This document shows, one piece after another, positions 47,988 through 58,237 of a stretch of 64,000 nucleotides of DNA. Positions within the stretch are counted from its first letter, which is position 1. Every line of letters starts with the position of its first letter. The notes beneath the pieces are model-generated. The model saw only the letters and a program-made list of their open reading frames with translations. It was not told the DNA's origin and did not search any database. Location: positions 2,905 through 66,904 of the forward strand of contig JAIXQE010000172.1 of assembly GCA_027485815.1 (NCBI GenBank), written 5' to 3'. The position numbers were made by a program, and so were the translations under genes. This DNA comes from Opitutaceae bacterium. Its GTDB lineage: Bacteria; Verrucomicrobiota; Verrucomicrobiia; Opitutales; Opitutaceae.

Positions 47988-48689
47988 ATGAATGAGGCGG
48001 AAGTGCGGGAGTTCTTTGACGGATGGGCGACGTACGAGGCGATCCTCGACCACGAGGCGATGCACCACCCCGCGTTCTTCGCCGCCGCCGGCGCCGCGGT
48101 CGCCCGGGATCTGGGCGCGCGGCCGCTCACGGTCCTCGACCTCGGTTGCGGCAGCGCGCGGCACGCGGCCCGGTTGCTGACGGGTCGGCCAGCCACCGCT
48201 TACACCGGCTACGACCTGTCGACCACGGCCCTCGCCGCGGCCCGCGAAGCCCTAACCGCCGCCGGAATCGACCCGGTCCTGCACGCGGCGGACCTGCGCC
48301 AGGGGCTCGCGGGACCTCCGGACAGCGTGGATCTGATCCTCTGCAGTTACGCCCTCCATCACTTGGAGACCGCGGGCAAGGGAGTCGCCCTGGCGGCGGC
48401 GCGGCGGCGGCTGCGCCCGGGCGGCCGGATGCTGCTGATCGACCTGGCGCGCGAGGCCGACGAAACCCGCGAGGTGACCACGGAGGCCTACGCGAGCTGG
48501 GTGGAGCGGGACTGGACGTTCCTCCCCGCCGCGGCGCACCGCGAGATCCGCGCCCACGTCCGGGCCCACGACTTCCCGGAGGATGACGCGACGCTGCTCC
48601 GCCTCGCGCGGGAGACCGGGTGGGCGAAGCCCGAGCTGCTCGCCCGGGAGCGCTGGCACCGCGGGTGGTGGCTGCGGCCCGGCGATTGA
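47988..48689 (+). CDS. class I SAM-dependent methyltransferase
   Basis: Motif I is LTVLDLGCGSARHA. Also DLILCSYALHHL and LRPGGRMLLIDL. ATG 47988 lies inside track ORF 46866. Confidence 0.8.
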   Translation: MNEAEVREFFDGWATYEAILDHEAMHHPAFFAAAGAAVARDLGARPLTVLDLGCGSARHAARLLTGRPATAYTGYDLSTTALAAAREALTAAGIDPVLHAADLRQGLAGPPDSVDLILCSYALHHLETAGKGVALAAARRRLRPGGRMLLIDLAREADETREVTTEAYASWVERDWTFLPAAAHREIRAHVRAHDFPEDDATLLRLARETGWAKPELLARERWHRGWWLRPGD

Positions 48690-48696
48690 ACCCGGC

Positions 48697-50070
48697 TCAA
48701 CGCAACCGCACGGGGTTGGCGTAGATCCACGGCACCCAGTCGTCCCCGACGCGCAGCTCGACCTCGACGCGGTAATTGCCCAGCCCCGGTGCCTCCCAGG
48801 CGGCCGCGCGGCCTTCGGCGTGGCCGAGGACGGCGCCGTCGCGCACCAGCGTAAAGCGGCCCGGCAACGGCGCGACCGCCCGGAGGCGCGTCCCGGGGCG
48901 CCACGCGGCGGTCTCGCCCATCACCACCGGCGCGCCGCCCGTCTCGGCAAACCAGCGGAACCCAGTAGCATCCGCGAGGAGGTCGTAGGCGACGAAGGCC
49001 CGGCCGATCCGCAAGGCGGCGACGATCTCGGATTCGTCGAGGCGGCGGGCGAGCACGTGGGTGTTCACGTAGCGCAGCGAGAGGTCGTACGGGTCGAACT
49101 GCACCGTGAAGAGGCGGCGACCCGGCTCGAGGGGGCCGGCCACCGCGGCCACGGCCGGCCGCAGCCAGTCGGGCACGCCGAATTCCGCGAGCCGGCGCGG
49201 GCTGGGGTCCTCGAGGCGGAGGCGGCCGCGCTCGGTCACCACGGCCCGGACGCCGACGTTCTGGTGGGCGTCGTTGCCGGCCACGCCGGCGATCGGGCGG
49301 GAGCGGTTGACCTCGTCCCAGCGGCGGAGGAACTCCTCGGGACGCGCGAAGGCGAGGCGCGCGACGTGCTCGGGAAAGCGGCCGTGACTGAGGAGGAGGT
49401 CGGGGAGGCGGGCCCGCACGGCCTCGGCGACGCTGCCGTAGGCCCGCTTGAAATCTGAATGGAGGTTGTGGATCTCCATCCCGGAGAGTTCGGGGCGGTC
49501 CCAGTCGCGGGGATTTTCCGGGTGGGCGTAGAAGAGGACGCCGCCCGCGGCGACGAGTTGGCGGGCGAGCAGGTCGGGCGGGGTGCGGTTGCTGAGGGTG
49601 ACGCCGGGGCGGGCGCCGAAGGCGAGGAATCCGTCGCGCAGCTCGAAGCCGGCGATGAGGAGCTTGCCGTCGTGGAGCCCGCGCCACTGCGCGCTGAAGT
49701 CGGCGCGCCCGTCGGGCTGCGCGTGGTCGCCGAGGACGATGAAATCGAGGCGGGCGCGGTCCATGGCGCGGAGGATGTCCGGGAACGGCACCTCGGAGTC
49801 GTGGGAGAGCTCGGAGTGGGCGTGAAGGGCGCCGCGGAACTCGGGCCAGCCCGCGTCCTCCGGCACCGGTTCGCGGCGGGCGCGGAGTTCGGCCCACGCG
49901 CGCTCCTCGCGGGGGAAGCGAACCCAGCGGTTCCAGAGCGCCTCGTGCAGCCAGAGCAGGAGCGCGAGCGCGGCGAGAGCGGAGGCCGCGAGCAAACCCC
50001 GACGGAACGCGCGCCAGAACGGACGGCGCGGCGCGGGCGCAGGGGCGGGGGTCTCGCGGGGGCCGGACAT
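48697..50070 (-). CDS. PHP-domain / CehA-McbA-type metal-dependent phosphoesterase, membrane anchored
   Basis: N-terminal TM LLAASALAALALLLWL. PHP motif GALHAHSELSHDS. Also DFIVLGDH, FYAHPE and GNDAHQN. Confidence 0.6.
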   Translation of the reverse strand: MSGPRETPAPAPAPRRPFWRAFRRGLLAASALAALALLLWLHEALWNRWVRFPREERAWAELRARREPVPEDAGWPEFRGALHAHSELSHDSEVPFPDILRAMDRARLDFIVLGDHAQPDGRADFSAQWRGLHDGKLLIAGFELRDGFLAFGARPGVTLSNRTPPDLLARQLVAAGGVLFYAHPENPRDWDRPELSGMEIHNLHSDFKRAYGSVAEAVRARLPDLLLSHGRFPEHVARLAFARPEEFLRRWDEVNRSRPIAGVAGNDAHQNVGVRAVVTERGRLRLEDPSPRRLAEFGVPDWLRPAVAAVAGPLEPGRRLFTVQFDPYDLSLRYVNTHVLARRLDESEIVAALRIGRAFVAYDLLADATGFRWFAETGGAPVVMGETAAWRPGTRLRAVAPLPGRFTLVRDGAVLGHAEGRAAAWEAPGLGNYRVEVELRVGDDWVPWIYANPVRLR

Positions 50071-50214
50071 CGGCCGCGATCAGCGCCGCCACCGGGCCAC
50101 CGCTCAAGGGGAAACCGCAGGCAATATCCTTGCCGCGCCGGCGGCGCGCGGTTGAGTCCACCCTCACCGGCCCGCCCGGCCCGACCCTGTCGGCACGGAC
50201 CGTCCAAACAAGCC

Positions 50215-53142
50215 ATGAACACCCGTCCCTCCCGCCGCCGTTCCCGGTGGCTGTCCCTGATCACCGCCGCCGCCCTCGCGCCGGCCCTCTGCGCCCAGAG
50301 CGTCGCCCCCAACCCGGCGGCGCCCGCCCGCCCGGGGGACTCCGTGAAGCTCGAGAAGTACGTCGTCACCGGCTCGCTCATCAAGCGGCTCGAGGGCGAG
50401 GGCGCGCTGCCGGTCGTGACCCTGACCCCCGATGAGCTCGAGCTGCGGGGCATCGCCTCCGCCGAGCAGATGCTGATGGAGCTGAACATCAACAGCAACG
50501 GCCTCGATAACCTGGCGTCCAACGCCGACGTCGTCGCCGGCCAGCAGCGCGGCAACAACGGCGCCACCTCGGCCAACCTGCGCATGCAGGGCGCCGGCGC
50601 GACGCTCGTCCTCCTCAACGGCCGCCGCGTCTCCTCGCACGGCCTGAACGGCGGCGTGGTCGACCTCAACCAGATCCCGTTCGCGGCCATCGAGCGCGTC
50701 GAGGTCCTCAAGGACGGCGCCTCCGCCATCTACGGCACCGACGCGGTCGGCGGCGTGATCAACTTCATCCTCAAGACCAACTACCAGGGCGTCGCGGCGA
50801 GCGCGGCGGCCGACGTGACCGAGGACGGCGGCGGCAACATCTTCCGCTACAGCCTGGTCGGCGGCTGGGGCGACCTCGACCGCGACAAGTTCAACCTGAT
50901 GGCGTCGCTGTCGCTTTCGGATTCCAAGCAGCTGCGCGGCGACCAGCGGGACTTCGTCAACACCTTCCAGCCGAACCGCGGCCTCTCGCCCGACACCCGC
51001 GGCACCCCGGTCGCGACCCTCTTCGCCATCGGCACCCTCAACTCGGTGCTGAGCCGCGACAACGTGGACAACACCGGCCGCGGCACCGGCCCAGCGGACC
51101 CGCAGAACCCGGCCCTGCGCGTGAACGGCATCAACTACGTCGACCTGCCAAACGGCCCCGGCTACGCGGGCCTCGACGGCATGGGCCCCTATGACGAGGT
51201 CCTCTGGGCCTCGCCCGCCTCGAAGTACGGCTCGGCCTGGGACACCGGCCGCGCCGCCGTGCTGCAGCAGCCGGTGAAGAACACGAACCTCGTGACCCGC
51301 GCGACCTTCAAGGTCGCCGAGCGCCACCGCCTCTTCGTCGAGGCGGTCGTGGGCCGGTCGGAGTCGACCAAGAGCTTCTCGCCCAACCAGTGGTCGAGCG
51401 GCACGGGCCTGACGACGACGGCGCTGGACGGCCGGACGCAGGTGCCGAACCCGCTGTACAACCTCGCGTACCCGGCGACCGGCGCGAGCTACAACAAGGT
51501 CTTCAACACCCTCGCGGGGTACTTCCCGGCGCTGGCGGCGAACCGCGGCCTGCCGATGGCGTTCCGCTGGCGCTCGCTGCCGCTGGGCAACCGCGGTTTC
51601 ACCACCACCACCGACACCTACCGCGGGATGGTGGGCGCGGAGGGCCCGCTCGGCTTCCTCTCGCAGTGGGACTACCGCCTCGGCGCCTCGCGCGCGGAGA
51701 GCAAGGGCAACTCCCTGCTGACCAGCGGCTACGTCTACACCGTGCCGTTCGTGAACCTGATCAACACCGGCGTGGTCGACGTCTTCTCGTACACCCAGAC
51801 CCCCGAGGCGATGGCCGCGATCGACAAGACCCGCGCCAACGGCGTGCGCCTTTACGGCGGCACCTACCGCACCGACAACGCCGACTTCGCCAGCTCCGGC
51901 CCCGTGCTGAAGCTGCCCGCCGGCACCGTCCAGGGCGCGGTGGGCGTCGACTGGCGCGAGGAGAGCTTCTTCTTCTCGGGTGACAACCGGCAGAACCTGA
52001 GCTCCTCGGACGCGCTGATCTTCAACGCGCCCTTCGACAACAGCCTCGCCACCGCCGGCACCCTCAAGCGCACCATCAAGGCGGCCTACGCCGAGCTCCA
52101 GATCCCGCTGCTCCGCGGGCTCGACTTCAACGCCGCCGGACGCATCGACCAGTACACCGGCTTCGGCTCCTCCAAGAACCCGAAGTTCACCCTGCGCTGG
52201 GCGCCGAACGACGCGTTCCTCGTCCGCAGCTCCTACAGCACCGGCTTCCGCGTCCCGAGCTTCAAGCAGATGTTCGACCCGGTGACCGAGAGCCCGCTCG
52301 CCGCGACGGGCCTGATCGACCCGGGCACCGGCCAGCAGATCGCCCCCAACTCGGCCACCGTGCTCTTCGGCGGCAAGAGCGACCTCCAGCCCGAGGAGGC
52401 CAAGATGTACTCCGCCGGCATCGTGGTGCAGGCCGGCCGCCACCTCAGCGGCAACGTCGACTGGTGGGAGGTCGACCGCACCGGGACGATCCAGAGCTTC
52501 GGCACCACCGTGCTGCTCGCTAACTACGGCCTGTTCCAGGACCGCTTCACCCGCAACGCCAACGGCACGATCTCGCGCATCGACTCGCGCTGGGTGAACG
52601 CCGGCAAGACCTCCACCAAGGGCGTCGACTTCGGCCTGCGCGGCAACGCGGACGTCGGCCGCGGCAAGCTCACCGCCGGCTTCGACCTCTCCTACCTGCT
52701 CGGCAAGCAGTCCAAACTCCTCGCCTCCGCGCCGTGGAGCCAGAGCGAGATCGGCCGCTTTACCCGATCCACGGAGATCGGCATCAAGTGGAAGCACACC
52801 GCGTTCGTCTCCTACCGCATCGGCTCCTGGACCGCTCAGGTGAACAACCTGTACCGCGGCGGCTACATCGACGCGGTGCTGCCCGGCGTCGCCAACGGCA
52901 CGGTCAAGCCCGCCAACTGGCAGGAGCGGGTGAAGGCCTACAACCTCTACGGCCTCTCGCTCGCCTACCGCGGCATCCGCAACACGACGGTCACCGCCGG
53001 CATCCGCAACCTGTTCAACACCAACCCGCCGTTCTCGGCCGTCTACGACACGAACACGGGCGCCGGCAGCAGCTGGGAACCCCGCATCGCCGACCCCCGC
53101 GGCCGCTCGTTCACGCTGCGCGTCGACTACAAGTTCCGCTGA
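50215..53142 (+). CDS. TonB-dependent receptor (paralogue of 24138..27335)
   Basis: ATG 50215 gives a signal peptide ending ALCAQS. Also KLEKYVVTGSLIKRLEGEGALPV, NLRMQGAGATLVLLNGRRV and IERVEVLKDGASAIYGTDAVGGVINF. The C-terminus is FTLRVDYKFR. Confidence 0.85.
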   Translation: MNTRPSRRRSRWLSLITAAALAPALCAQSVAPNPAAPARPGDSVKLEKYVVTGSLIKRLEGEGALPVVTLTPDELELRGIASAEQMLMELNINSNGLDNLASNADVVAGQQRGNNGATSANLRMQGAGATLVLLNGRRVSSHGLNGGVVDLNQIPFAAIERVEVLKDGASAIYGTDAVGGVINFILKTNYQGVAASAAADVTEDGGGNIFRYSLVGGWGDLDRDKFNLMASLSLSDSKQLRGDQRDFVNTFQPNRGLSPDTRGTPVATLFAIGTLNSVLSRDNVDNTGRGTGPADPQNPALRVNGINYVDLPNGPGYAGLDGMGPYDEVLWASPASKYGSAWDTGRAAVLQQPVKNTNLVTRATFKVAERHRLFVEAVVGRSESTKSFSPNQWSSGTGLTTTALDGRTQVPNPLYNLAYPATGASYNKVFNTLAGYFPALAANRGLPMAFRWRSLPLGNRGFTTTTDTYRGMVGAEGPLGFLSQWDYRLGASRAESKGNSLLTSGYVYTVPFVNLINTGVVDVFSYTQTPEAMAAIDKTRANGVRLYGGTYRTDNADFASSGPVLKLPAGTVQGAVGVDWREESFFFSGDNRQNLSSSDALIFNAPFDNSLATAGTLKRTIKAAYAELQIPLLRGLDFNAAGRIDQYTGFGSSKNPKFTLRWAPNDAFLVRSSYSTGFRVPSFKQMFDPVTESPLAATGLIDPGTGQQIAPNSATVLFGGKSDLQPEEAKMYSAGIVVQAGRHLSGNVDWWEVDRTGTIQSFGTTVLLANYGLFQDRFTRNANGTISRIDSRWVNAGKTSTKGVDFGLRGNADVGRGKLTAGFDLSYLLGKQSKLLASAPWSQSEIGRFTRSTEIGIKWKHTAFVSYRIGSWTAQVNNLYRGGYIDAVLPGVANGTVKPANWQERVKAYNLYGLSLAYRGIRNTTVTAGIRNLFNTNPPFSAVYDTNTGAGSSWEPRIADPRGRSFTLRVDYKFR

Positions 53143-53167
53143 GCCGCCCCGCGGCCGCGACCCTTCG

Positions 53168-53202
53168 GACCCGGGCGGGACCTGCTCCCCCCGGGTCTTT
53201 TT
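53168..53202 (+). terminator. intrinsic terminator after the TonB-dependent receptor gene
   Basis: GACCCGGG-13 nt loop-CCCGGGTC is followed by TTTTT (53198..53202). Confidence 0.7.
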
Positions 53203-53232
53203 GCGTCCGTACCTCGACGATCGCCGCCCCGC

Positions 53233-54765
53233 CTAGCGGTCTGCGATCCCCGGCGCCGCCGCCAGTTCGCGCACCGCGGCGTGCAGGCGCGGCGCGGTCT
53301 CCGGGCCGAGCGAGTTGACCTCGCCGTACTCCGGCTTCGCCGTCCCGCGCACGTACGGCGGCTGCCGGTCCCACTGCGTGCGCGGGATGATGTAGCCCAC
53401 CTCGTCGTTGGCCAGGCCGAGGACGAACTTGACCCGCCCCGGGAGCAACTCACGCCACGGCGGCACCTCGACCGGCGGCCCGGGGAAATCGGCGCCGGGC
53501 AGGTGCTCCACGCCGCCGTTCACGATCTCCGGGTAAACCTCGCCCGGGACGCACAGGAGCACCGCTTCCCCGAGGCGCAGCGCCGCGACCTCGGAACGCA
53601 CGTGGCCCCAGCGGCTGTGGCCGCGGTCCATCAGGCCGAGCACGGGGGCGAGCAGGAAATTGAAGTTGTCGACCGGCAGCTCGACCGTGCGGGCGTGGAC
53701 CGCGAGGGGCGCGTGCGCGACCGGCGCCTCGGCGGGCCGGCGCAGCCGGGGAAGGAGCCTCGCGGCAAGCTGCCGGCCGACGGCGCGGCTCTTCTCGTGC
53801 GAAGGCGTCTTCAGCAGGCGGTCGTTGAGCGGGTCCCGCACGGTCACGCTCGGGTGGGTGGTCATCAGGCCGCCAACCGCGCCGTTGACGAAGCACGCGA
53901 TGCCGCCGACGCCCGGCGTCAGCACCTCGCCGCCCTCGACCAGGCCCTCCTCGAGGGCGGTGCGAAGAAAGCCGCAGAAGTCGGCCGTGATCTCGGTGCT
54001 GCGCGACCAGGGCGTCTCCGGGTGGTTGCCCCACGAGACGACGGTGCCGAGCGTGCGCCCGCCGTCGGCCGCGGTGAAGTGCAGCGCCCGCAGGTCGGCG
54101 TCGTACACCAGCGGCGGCCGCGTGTCGGCGACGAGGCCCTCGGGCGCCACCGGGACCTCGTGGACCGCGAGCCGCGCCGGCTGCAGGGCCGCGACCGCGG
54201 CGGCGAGCACCCGCGCGGCGGTGGCCAGGACCTGTTCCCGGTAAAGCGGATCGACGCCGCTGCGCAGGGGGTGAGGTCCCCAGAGTCCCATCAGGTCGGG
54301 GGTCGAGTGATTGTGGGTGGTCGCGACGATCGCGTAGGTGAGGCCGAGCTCGGGCGCGAGCCGGCGGCGGATCGCGACGACGTCGTCGTGGAACAGCCCG
54401 ATGGCGTCGAGGACCACGCAGCCGACGCGCGTGTGACCGTCGTCGACGACCCACGCGATGGCCTGCAGGTCGTCGTGGATGGCGGTCGCGCGGCGGTTCT
54501 GGCTGAAGCCGGCGAGGTAGACCGGGCGCGCGGGGTCGCCGAGGTCGGGGTTGATCTTCTCGCGCGCGAACCCGGCCCGCAGGGGGCGCGGTTCCGCGCG
54601 GGCGGCGGCTCCGTCGACGGCGATCCGCACGGCGTAGCCCGGCGAGCGGTCGCGGAAGGCGTAGACGGCGCGGAGGACGAGGGCGAACGTGAGGAGCAAC
54701 CCGAGGGCGCCGAGGCCCCGGAGGAGGCGCGCGGTCCAGGAGCGGCGGGCGGGCGGGGTGGTCAT
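53233..54765 (-). CDS. neutral/alkaline ceramidase-N-domain-like hydrolase, membrane anchored
   Basis: N-terminal TM LLRGLGALGLLLTFALVL. Also LRAGFAREKINP, YLAGFSQNRRATAIHDDLQAIAWVVDDG, VVLDAIGLF and IVATTHNHSTPD. Confidence 0.6.
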   Translation of the reverse strand: MTTPPARRSWTARLLRGLGALGLLLTFALVLRAVYAFRDRSPGYAVRIAVDGAAARAEPRPLRAGFAREKINPDLGDPARPVYLAGFSQNRRATAIHDDLQAIAWVVDDGHTRVGCVVLDAIGLFHDDVVAIRRRLAPELGLTYAIVATTHNHSTPDLMGLWGPHPLRSGVDPLYREQVLATAARVLAAAVAALQPARLAVHEVPVAPEGLVADTRPPLVYDADLRALHFTAADGGRTLGTVVSWGNHPETPWSRSTEITADFCGFLRTALEEGLVEGGEVLTPGVGGIACFVNGAVGGLMTTHPSVTVRDPLNDRLLKTPSHEKSRAVGRQLAARLLPRLRRPAEAPVAHAPLAVHARTVELPVDNFNFLLAPVLGLMDRGHSRWGHVRSEVAALRLGEAVLLCVPGEVYPEIVNGGVEHLPGADFPGPPVEVPPWRELLPGRVKFVLGLANDEVGYIIPRTQWDRQPPYVRGTAKPEYGEVNSLGPETAPRLHAAVRELAAAPGIADR

Positions 54766-54872
54766 CGGCGGCGAACGTGATGTGGCGGCCCGGCGCCGCG
54801 GCGCAAGACCGCAGGGGCCGGCGGCGCGGGATTGCCGTTGCCTCCGTTTCGCCGCTGGCCTCGCCTGCCCTC

Positions 54873-56270
54873 ATGAACTGGCGGCGCGCCCTCACCCGCA
54901 CCCTGCTGGCCGGCCTGGGCCTCGTCGGAGCGCTCGCGATCGCGACGCTGCGGCCGGTGGATCCCACGCCCTATCCCGGCCAGCCGTACCACGCGGAGAC
55001 GCGGGCGCGGCTCGGGGAACTGCCCACCCCGACGCTGACCCCGGCGCCGCTCGCGGCCGGGTTCGGCGGCGCGGCGCTGTGGCCCGCCCCGGGCTCCGGC
55101 CCCGGGGATCCGACGGCGGGGCGGTTCCCCGGGCTGCCGCTGGCGGGCTACGGACACCGGCAAGGCCGCCCCGCGACGGGAAGTCGCGAGGAACTCACGG
55201 CGCGCGCCCTCGCCCTGCGGGCCGGGGAAACCACCGTCGTCATCGCCGGGATCGAGGCGCTGATCGTTCCGCCGGAGGTCGCGGCCCTGGTGGCGCAGCG
55301 GCTGCAAGCGGCGCATGGGCTGCCGCCGGGCCACCTTTACCTCGGCGCCACGCACACGCACGCCGGGCCGGGCGGCTGGGGCAAGGGTTGGCTTGCCAGC
55401 CAGTTCGCGGGGCCCTTCACCCCCGGCTTGCGCGAATGGCTGGCGGACCGGCTCGTCGCCGCCGCGGAGGCCGCGCTCGCCGATCTCCGTCCGGCGCGGC
55501 TGGGTCACGGTCGCTTCAGCGCGCCCGCCCTCGTGCGCAACCGGCTCCTCGGCCCGCTCGGCCGGGTCGATCCGGAGTTCAGCCTGCTGGTGGTGGCCCA
55601 GGACGGCGGCCGGCGCGGGGTGGTCGGGGCCTACGCGGCGCACGCCACCGCCCTGCCCGGGCGAGGGATGGAGTTCGCGGGCGACTATCCCGGCGCATGG
55701 CGGCGGGCGGTCGAGGAGGCCACCGGCGGCTGGGCCCTGTTCCTCGCGGGCGCAATGGGCAGCCACGGGCCGGTGGCTCCGGCGCGCGGGGAGGACGGCG
55801 CCGACCAGATGGGCCGGGACCTCGCCGGCCAGACCCTGGCCGCACTGCCGGGCATCCCGCTCCAGCCGGCGGTGACCCTGGCCATGCGCACCCTGCCGGT
55901 CACCCTGCCCGCGGCCCAAGTGCGGGTGTCGCAGGACTGGCGCCTCCGCGCGTGGGCCGCGGACCGACTCCTCCCCTGGGGCGGCCCGGTGCCGCTGCAG
56001 GTGCTGCGCGCGGGCGACGCGCTGTGGTTCTCGACGCCCGGGGACTTCAGCGGGGAGCTGGCGCTCGACGTGAAGGACTTCGCGCGGGCGCGCGGGCTCG
56101 ACGCGGCGGTCACCAGCTTCAACGGGGCCTACGTGGGCTACATTCTGCCGGGGCGGCACTACGCCCTGCCCGGCTATGAGCCCCGCACGATGTCGTTCTA
56201 CGGCCCGCAGTTCCCGGACTACCTGCTGGAACTGATGCGCGACCTCGCGGCCCCGCTGACGGCACCCTGA
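54873..56270 (+). CDS. neutral/alkaline ceramidase-N-domain-like hydrolase, membrane anchored (divergent paralogue)
   Basis: ATG 54873 gives MNWRRALTRTLLAGLGLVGALAIA. Also LAAGFGGAAL, LAGYGHRQGRPATGSREELTARALALRAG and LYLGATHTHAGPGGWG. Confidence 0.6.
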   Translation: MNWRRALTRTLLAGLGLVGALAIATLRPVDPTPYPGQPYHAETRARLGELPTPTLTPAPLAAGFGGAALWPAPGSGPGDPTAGRFPGLPLAGYGHRQGRPATGSREELTARALALRAGETTVVIAGIEALIVPPEVAALVAQRLQAAHGLPPGHLYLGATHTHAGPGGWGKGWLASQFAGPFTPGLREWLADRLVAAAEAALADLRPARLGHGRFSAPALVRNRLLGPLGRVDPEFSLLVVAQDGGRRGVVGAYAAHATALPGRGMEFAGDYPGAWRRAVEEATGGWALFLAGAMGSHGPVAPARGEDGADQMGRDLAGQTLAALPGIPLQPAVTLAMRTLPVTLPAAQVRVSQDWRLRAWAADRLLPWGGPVPLQVLRAGDALWFSTPGDFSGELALDVKDFARARGLDAAVTSFNGAYVGYILPGRHYALPGYEPRTMSFYGPQFPDYLLELMRDLAAPLTAP

Positions 56271-56293
56271 GCGCGACGGCGAAAGACGCCGCC

Positions 56294-57544
56294 TCAGCCG
56301 GCCGGGGCGTCCGGCGCCGCCATCGCCTGCCCGGCGAGCCAGCCCGTCGTCCACGCGGCCTGGAAGTTGAAGCCGCCCGTGATGCCGTCGATGTCGAGCA
56401 CCTCGCCGGCGAAGTGCAGCCCCGGGCATTTGCGGCTCTCCAGCGTCCGGAAGTCGACCTCAGCCAGCCGCACGCCGCCGCAGGTGACGAACTCCTCCTT
56501 GAAGGTGCTCTTGCCCACGACGCGCAGCTCCGTCGCCGCCACCGCGCCCGCGAGGGCCCCGAGCGCCGCGTTGCCGAGCCCCGCCCACTGCGCGTCCCCG
56601 GCCACGCCGGCGGCCGCCACCAGCCGTTCCCACAGGCGTTGGGGCAGGCCGAAGGGATCCCCGTTGGCCGCCTGCCGCCGCGGGTGGCGCGCGCGTTGGG
56701 CGACCAGCTCCGCCAGCACCGCCTCCCGGTTCCGCGGCGGCGCGAAGTTCACGGTCAGCGGGAATTCATAGTTCCGCTCCGCCAGGATCCGCGCGCCCCA
56801 CGCGGACAACCGCAGCACCGCCGGGCCGCTCAGGCCCCAATGGGTGATCAGCACCGGTCCCGTCTCCACCAGCCGGGTGCCGGGCACCGCCACCGTCGCC
56901 GTCGTGGCGAGGCCGGACAGGCCGACCAGCAGTTTGTCGTCGATGTGGAACGTGAACAGCGAGGGCACGAGCGGCTCGATCGTGTGGCCGAGGGCGGCCG
57001 CGATGGTGAAGCCGGCCGAGGCCCGGTTGCCGCCCGTCGCGAGCAGCAGCCGCTCGCAGCGCACCTCGGCGCCGTCGGTGAGCGTGAGCCAGAACCCGGC
57101 GCCGCCCGGCAGCGCCTCCGCCTTGCGCACGCCCTGCGCCGTGACCACCCGGACGCCCGCCGCCGCGGCCGCCGCGAGGAGGCAGTCGGCGATGGTCGCG
57201 GAGTCGTCGGTGACGGGGAACATCCGGCCGTCGGGCTCGACCTTGGTCTCGACGCCGCGGGCGGCGAACCAGTCGACCGTGTCGCGCGGCTGCCAGCGGT
57301 GGAAAGCGCCGAGGAGCTCGCGCCCGCCGCGGGGGTAGCGGCGGGCCAGCTCGCGCGGGTCGAAGCAGGCGTGGGTGACGTTGCAGCGGCCGCCGCCGGA
57401 GACGCGGACCTTGGCCAGCGGGTGGGCGGTGGCCTCGTAGAGGGTGACCTCGCCGGCGGCGCCAAGGGCCTCGGCGCACGTGATCGCGGCGAAGAACCCG
57501 GCGGCTCCGCCCCCGACCACGACGACGCGTCTCTTGGCTCCCAT
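56294..57544 (-). CDS. BaiN/RdsA (HI0933-like) NAD(P)/FAD-dependent oxidoreductase
   Basis: ATG 57544 gives MGAKRRVVVVGGGAAGFFAAI. Also KVRVSGGGRCNVTHACF, LLLATGGN, TCGGV and LHFAGEVLDIDGITGGFNFQAAW. Confidence 0.85.
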   Translation of the reverse strand: MGAKRRVVVVGGGAAGFFAAITCAEALGAAGEVTLYEATAHPLAKVRVSGGGRCNVTHACFDPRELARRYPRGGRELLGAFHRWQPRDTVDWFAARGVETKVEPDGRMFPVTDDSATIADCLLAAAAAAGVRVVTAQGVRKAEALPGGAGFWLTLTDGAEVRCERLLLATGGNRASAGFTIAAALGHTIEPLVPSLFTFHIDDKLLVGLSGLATTATVAVPGTRLVETGPVLITHWGLSGPAVLRLSAWGARILAERNYEFPLTVNFAPPRNREAVLAELVAQRARHPRRQAANGDPFGLPQRLWERLVAAAGVAGDAQWAGLGNAALGALAGAVAATELRVVGKSTFKEEFVTCGGVRLAEVDFRTLESRKCPGLHFAGEVLDIDGITGGFNFQAAWTTGWLAGQAMAAPDAPAG

Positions 57545-57608
57545 CGCGCCACGCTGGCGGGCGGCCGGCGCAGGGGAAGGGCAATCTGCGGCCGGCGCGG
57601 CGGGGGCG

Positions 57609-57645
57609 AAAAAAAGGCCGCCGCGGGCTGCGATCCGCGGCGGCC
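57609..57645 (-). terminator. intrinsic terminator after the LTXXQ gene
   Basis: The minus strand reads GGCCGCCGCGG-atcgcagc-CCGCGGCGGCC (an 11-bp perfect stem) followed by TTTTTTT. Confidence 0.75.
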
Positions 57646-57665
57646 AACCAACCCCTGACAAAGGT

Positions 57666-58040
57666 TCAGTTCTGCTTGCGGCGCTCGCCGGCCCCGCCCT
57701 GGCGCATCTGCGCCATCATCTCGTCGTATTTCTTCTGCTGCTCCGCGGTGAGGACGGCGCGAACCTGGCGGCCGGCCTCCTGCATCACCTCCATCATCTT
57801 CTCCCGGCGCTCGTCCTCTGGCAGGTTCCGCATCTTCTCCGCGGATTGGGCGTAGACCGCCTTGATCTTCGCCTTTTGCTCGGTGGAGAGGGCGCCGAGC
57901 GCCTGCTCGAGGCGCTCGATCCGCTGCTCCGGATCCATCATCCCGCCGCGGCCCTTGCGCTGTTCCTGGGCGGAGCTGACGGAGGGGAGGAACGCCCCGG
58001 ACAGGGCGGCGACCAACAGGAGGCGGGAAACGGTTTTCAT
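57666..58040 (-). CDS. periplasmic LTXXQ-motif protein (Spy/CpxP-like)
   Basis: ATG 58040 gives the signal peptide MKTVSRLLLVAALSGAFLPSVSSA. There are two LTXXQ-type motifs (LSTEQKAKI and LTAEQQKKY) in a helical, charged 100-aa body. Confidence 0.6.
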   Translation of the reverse strand: MKTVSRLLLVAALSGAFLPSVSSAQEQRKGRGGMMDPEQRIERLEQALGALSTEQKAKIKAVYAQSAEKMRNLPEDERREKMMEVMQEAGRQVRAVLTAEQQKKYDEMMAQMRQGGAGERRKQN

Positions 58041-58237
58041 CGGGGGGCTGATTCCGCCCCGCAAGACGCGGACTCCACGGAAGAGTTGCGGGAAAGTTAC
58101 GGCTGCCGCCGCCAGCGCCGCCGGCCGGAATCCGCTTTCCCGCCGCGCCGCTGGCCGTAGGGTACCGCCGCGCCCATGCCGTGCCCCCCGCCGCCTCCTG
58201 CCGCCCCACGCCCGTCCCGGGGTGGCCTCGCCCGCTG

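Noticed and set aside
50071-50214. A riboswitch (for example cobalamin) upstream of the TonB-dependent receptor genes. The same check was made at 24005..24137.
   Set aside because: I found no B12-box-like GCCACTG core or other conserved riboswitch motif. The leaders are short and GC-rich.
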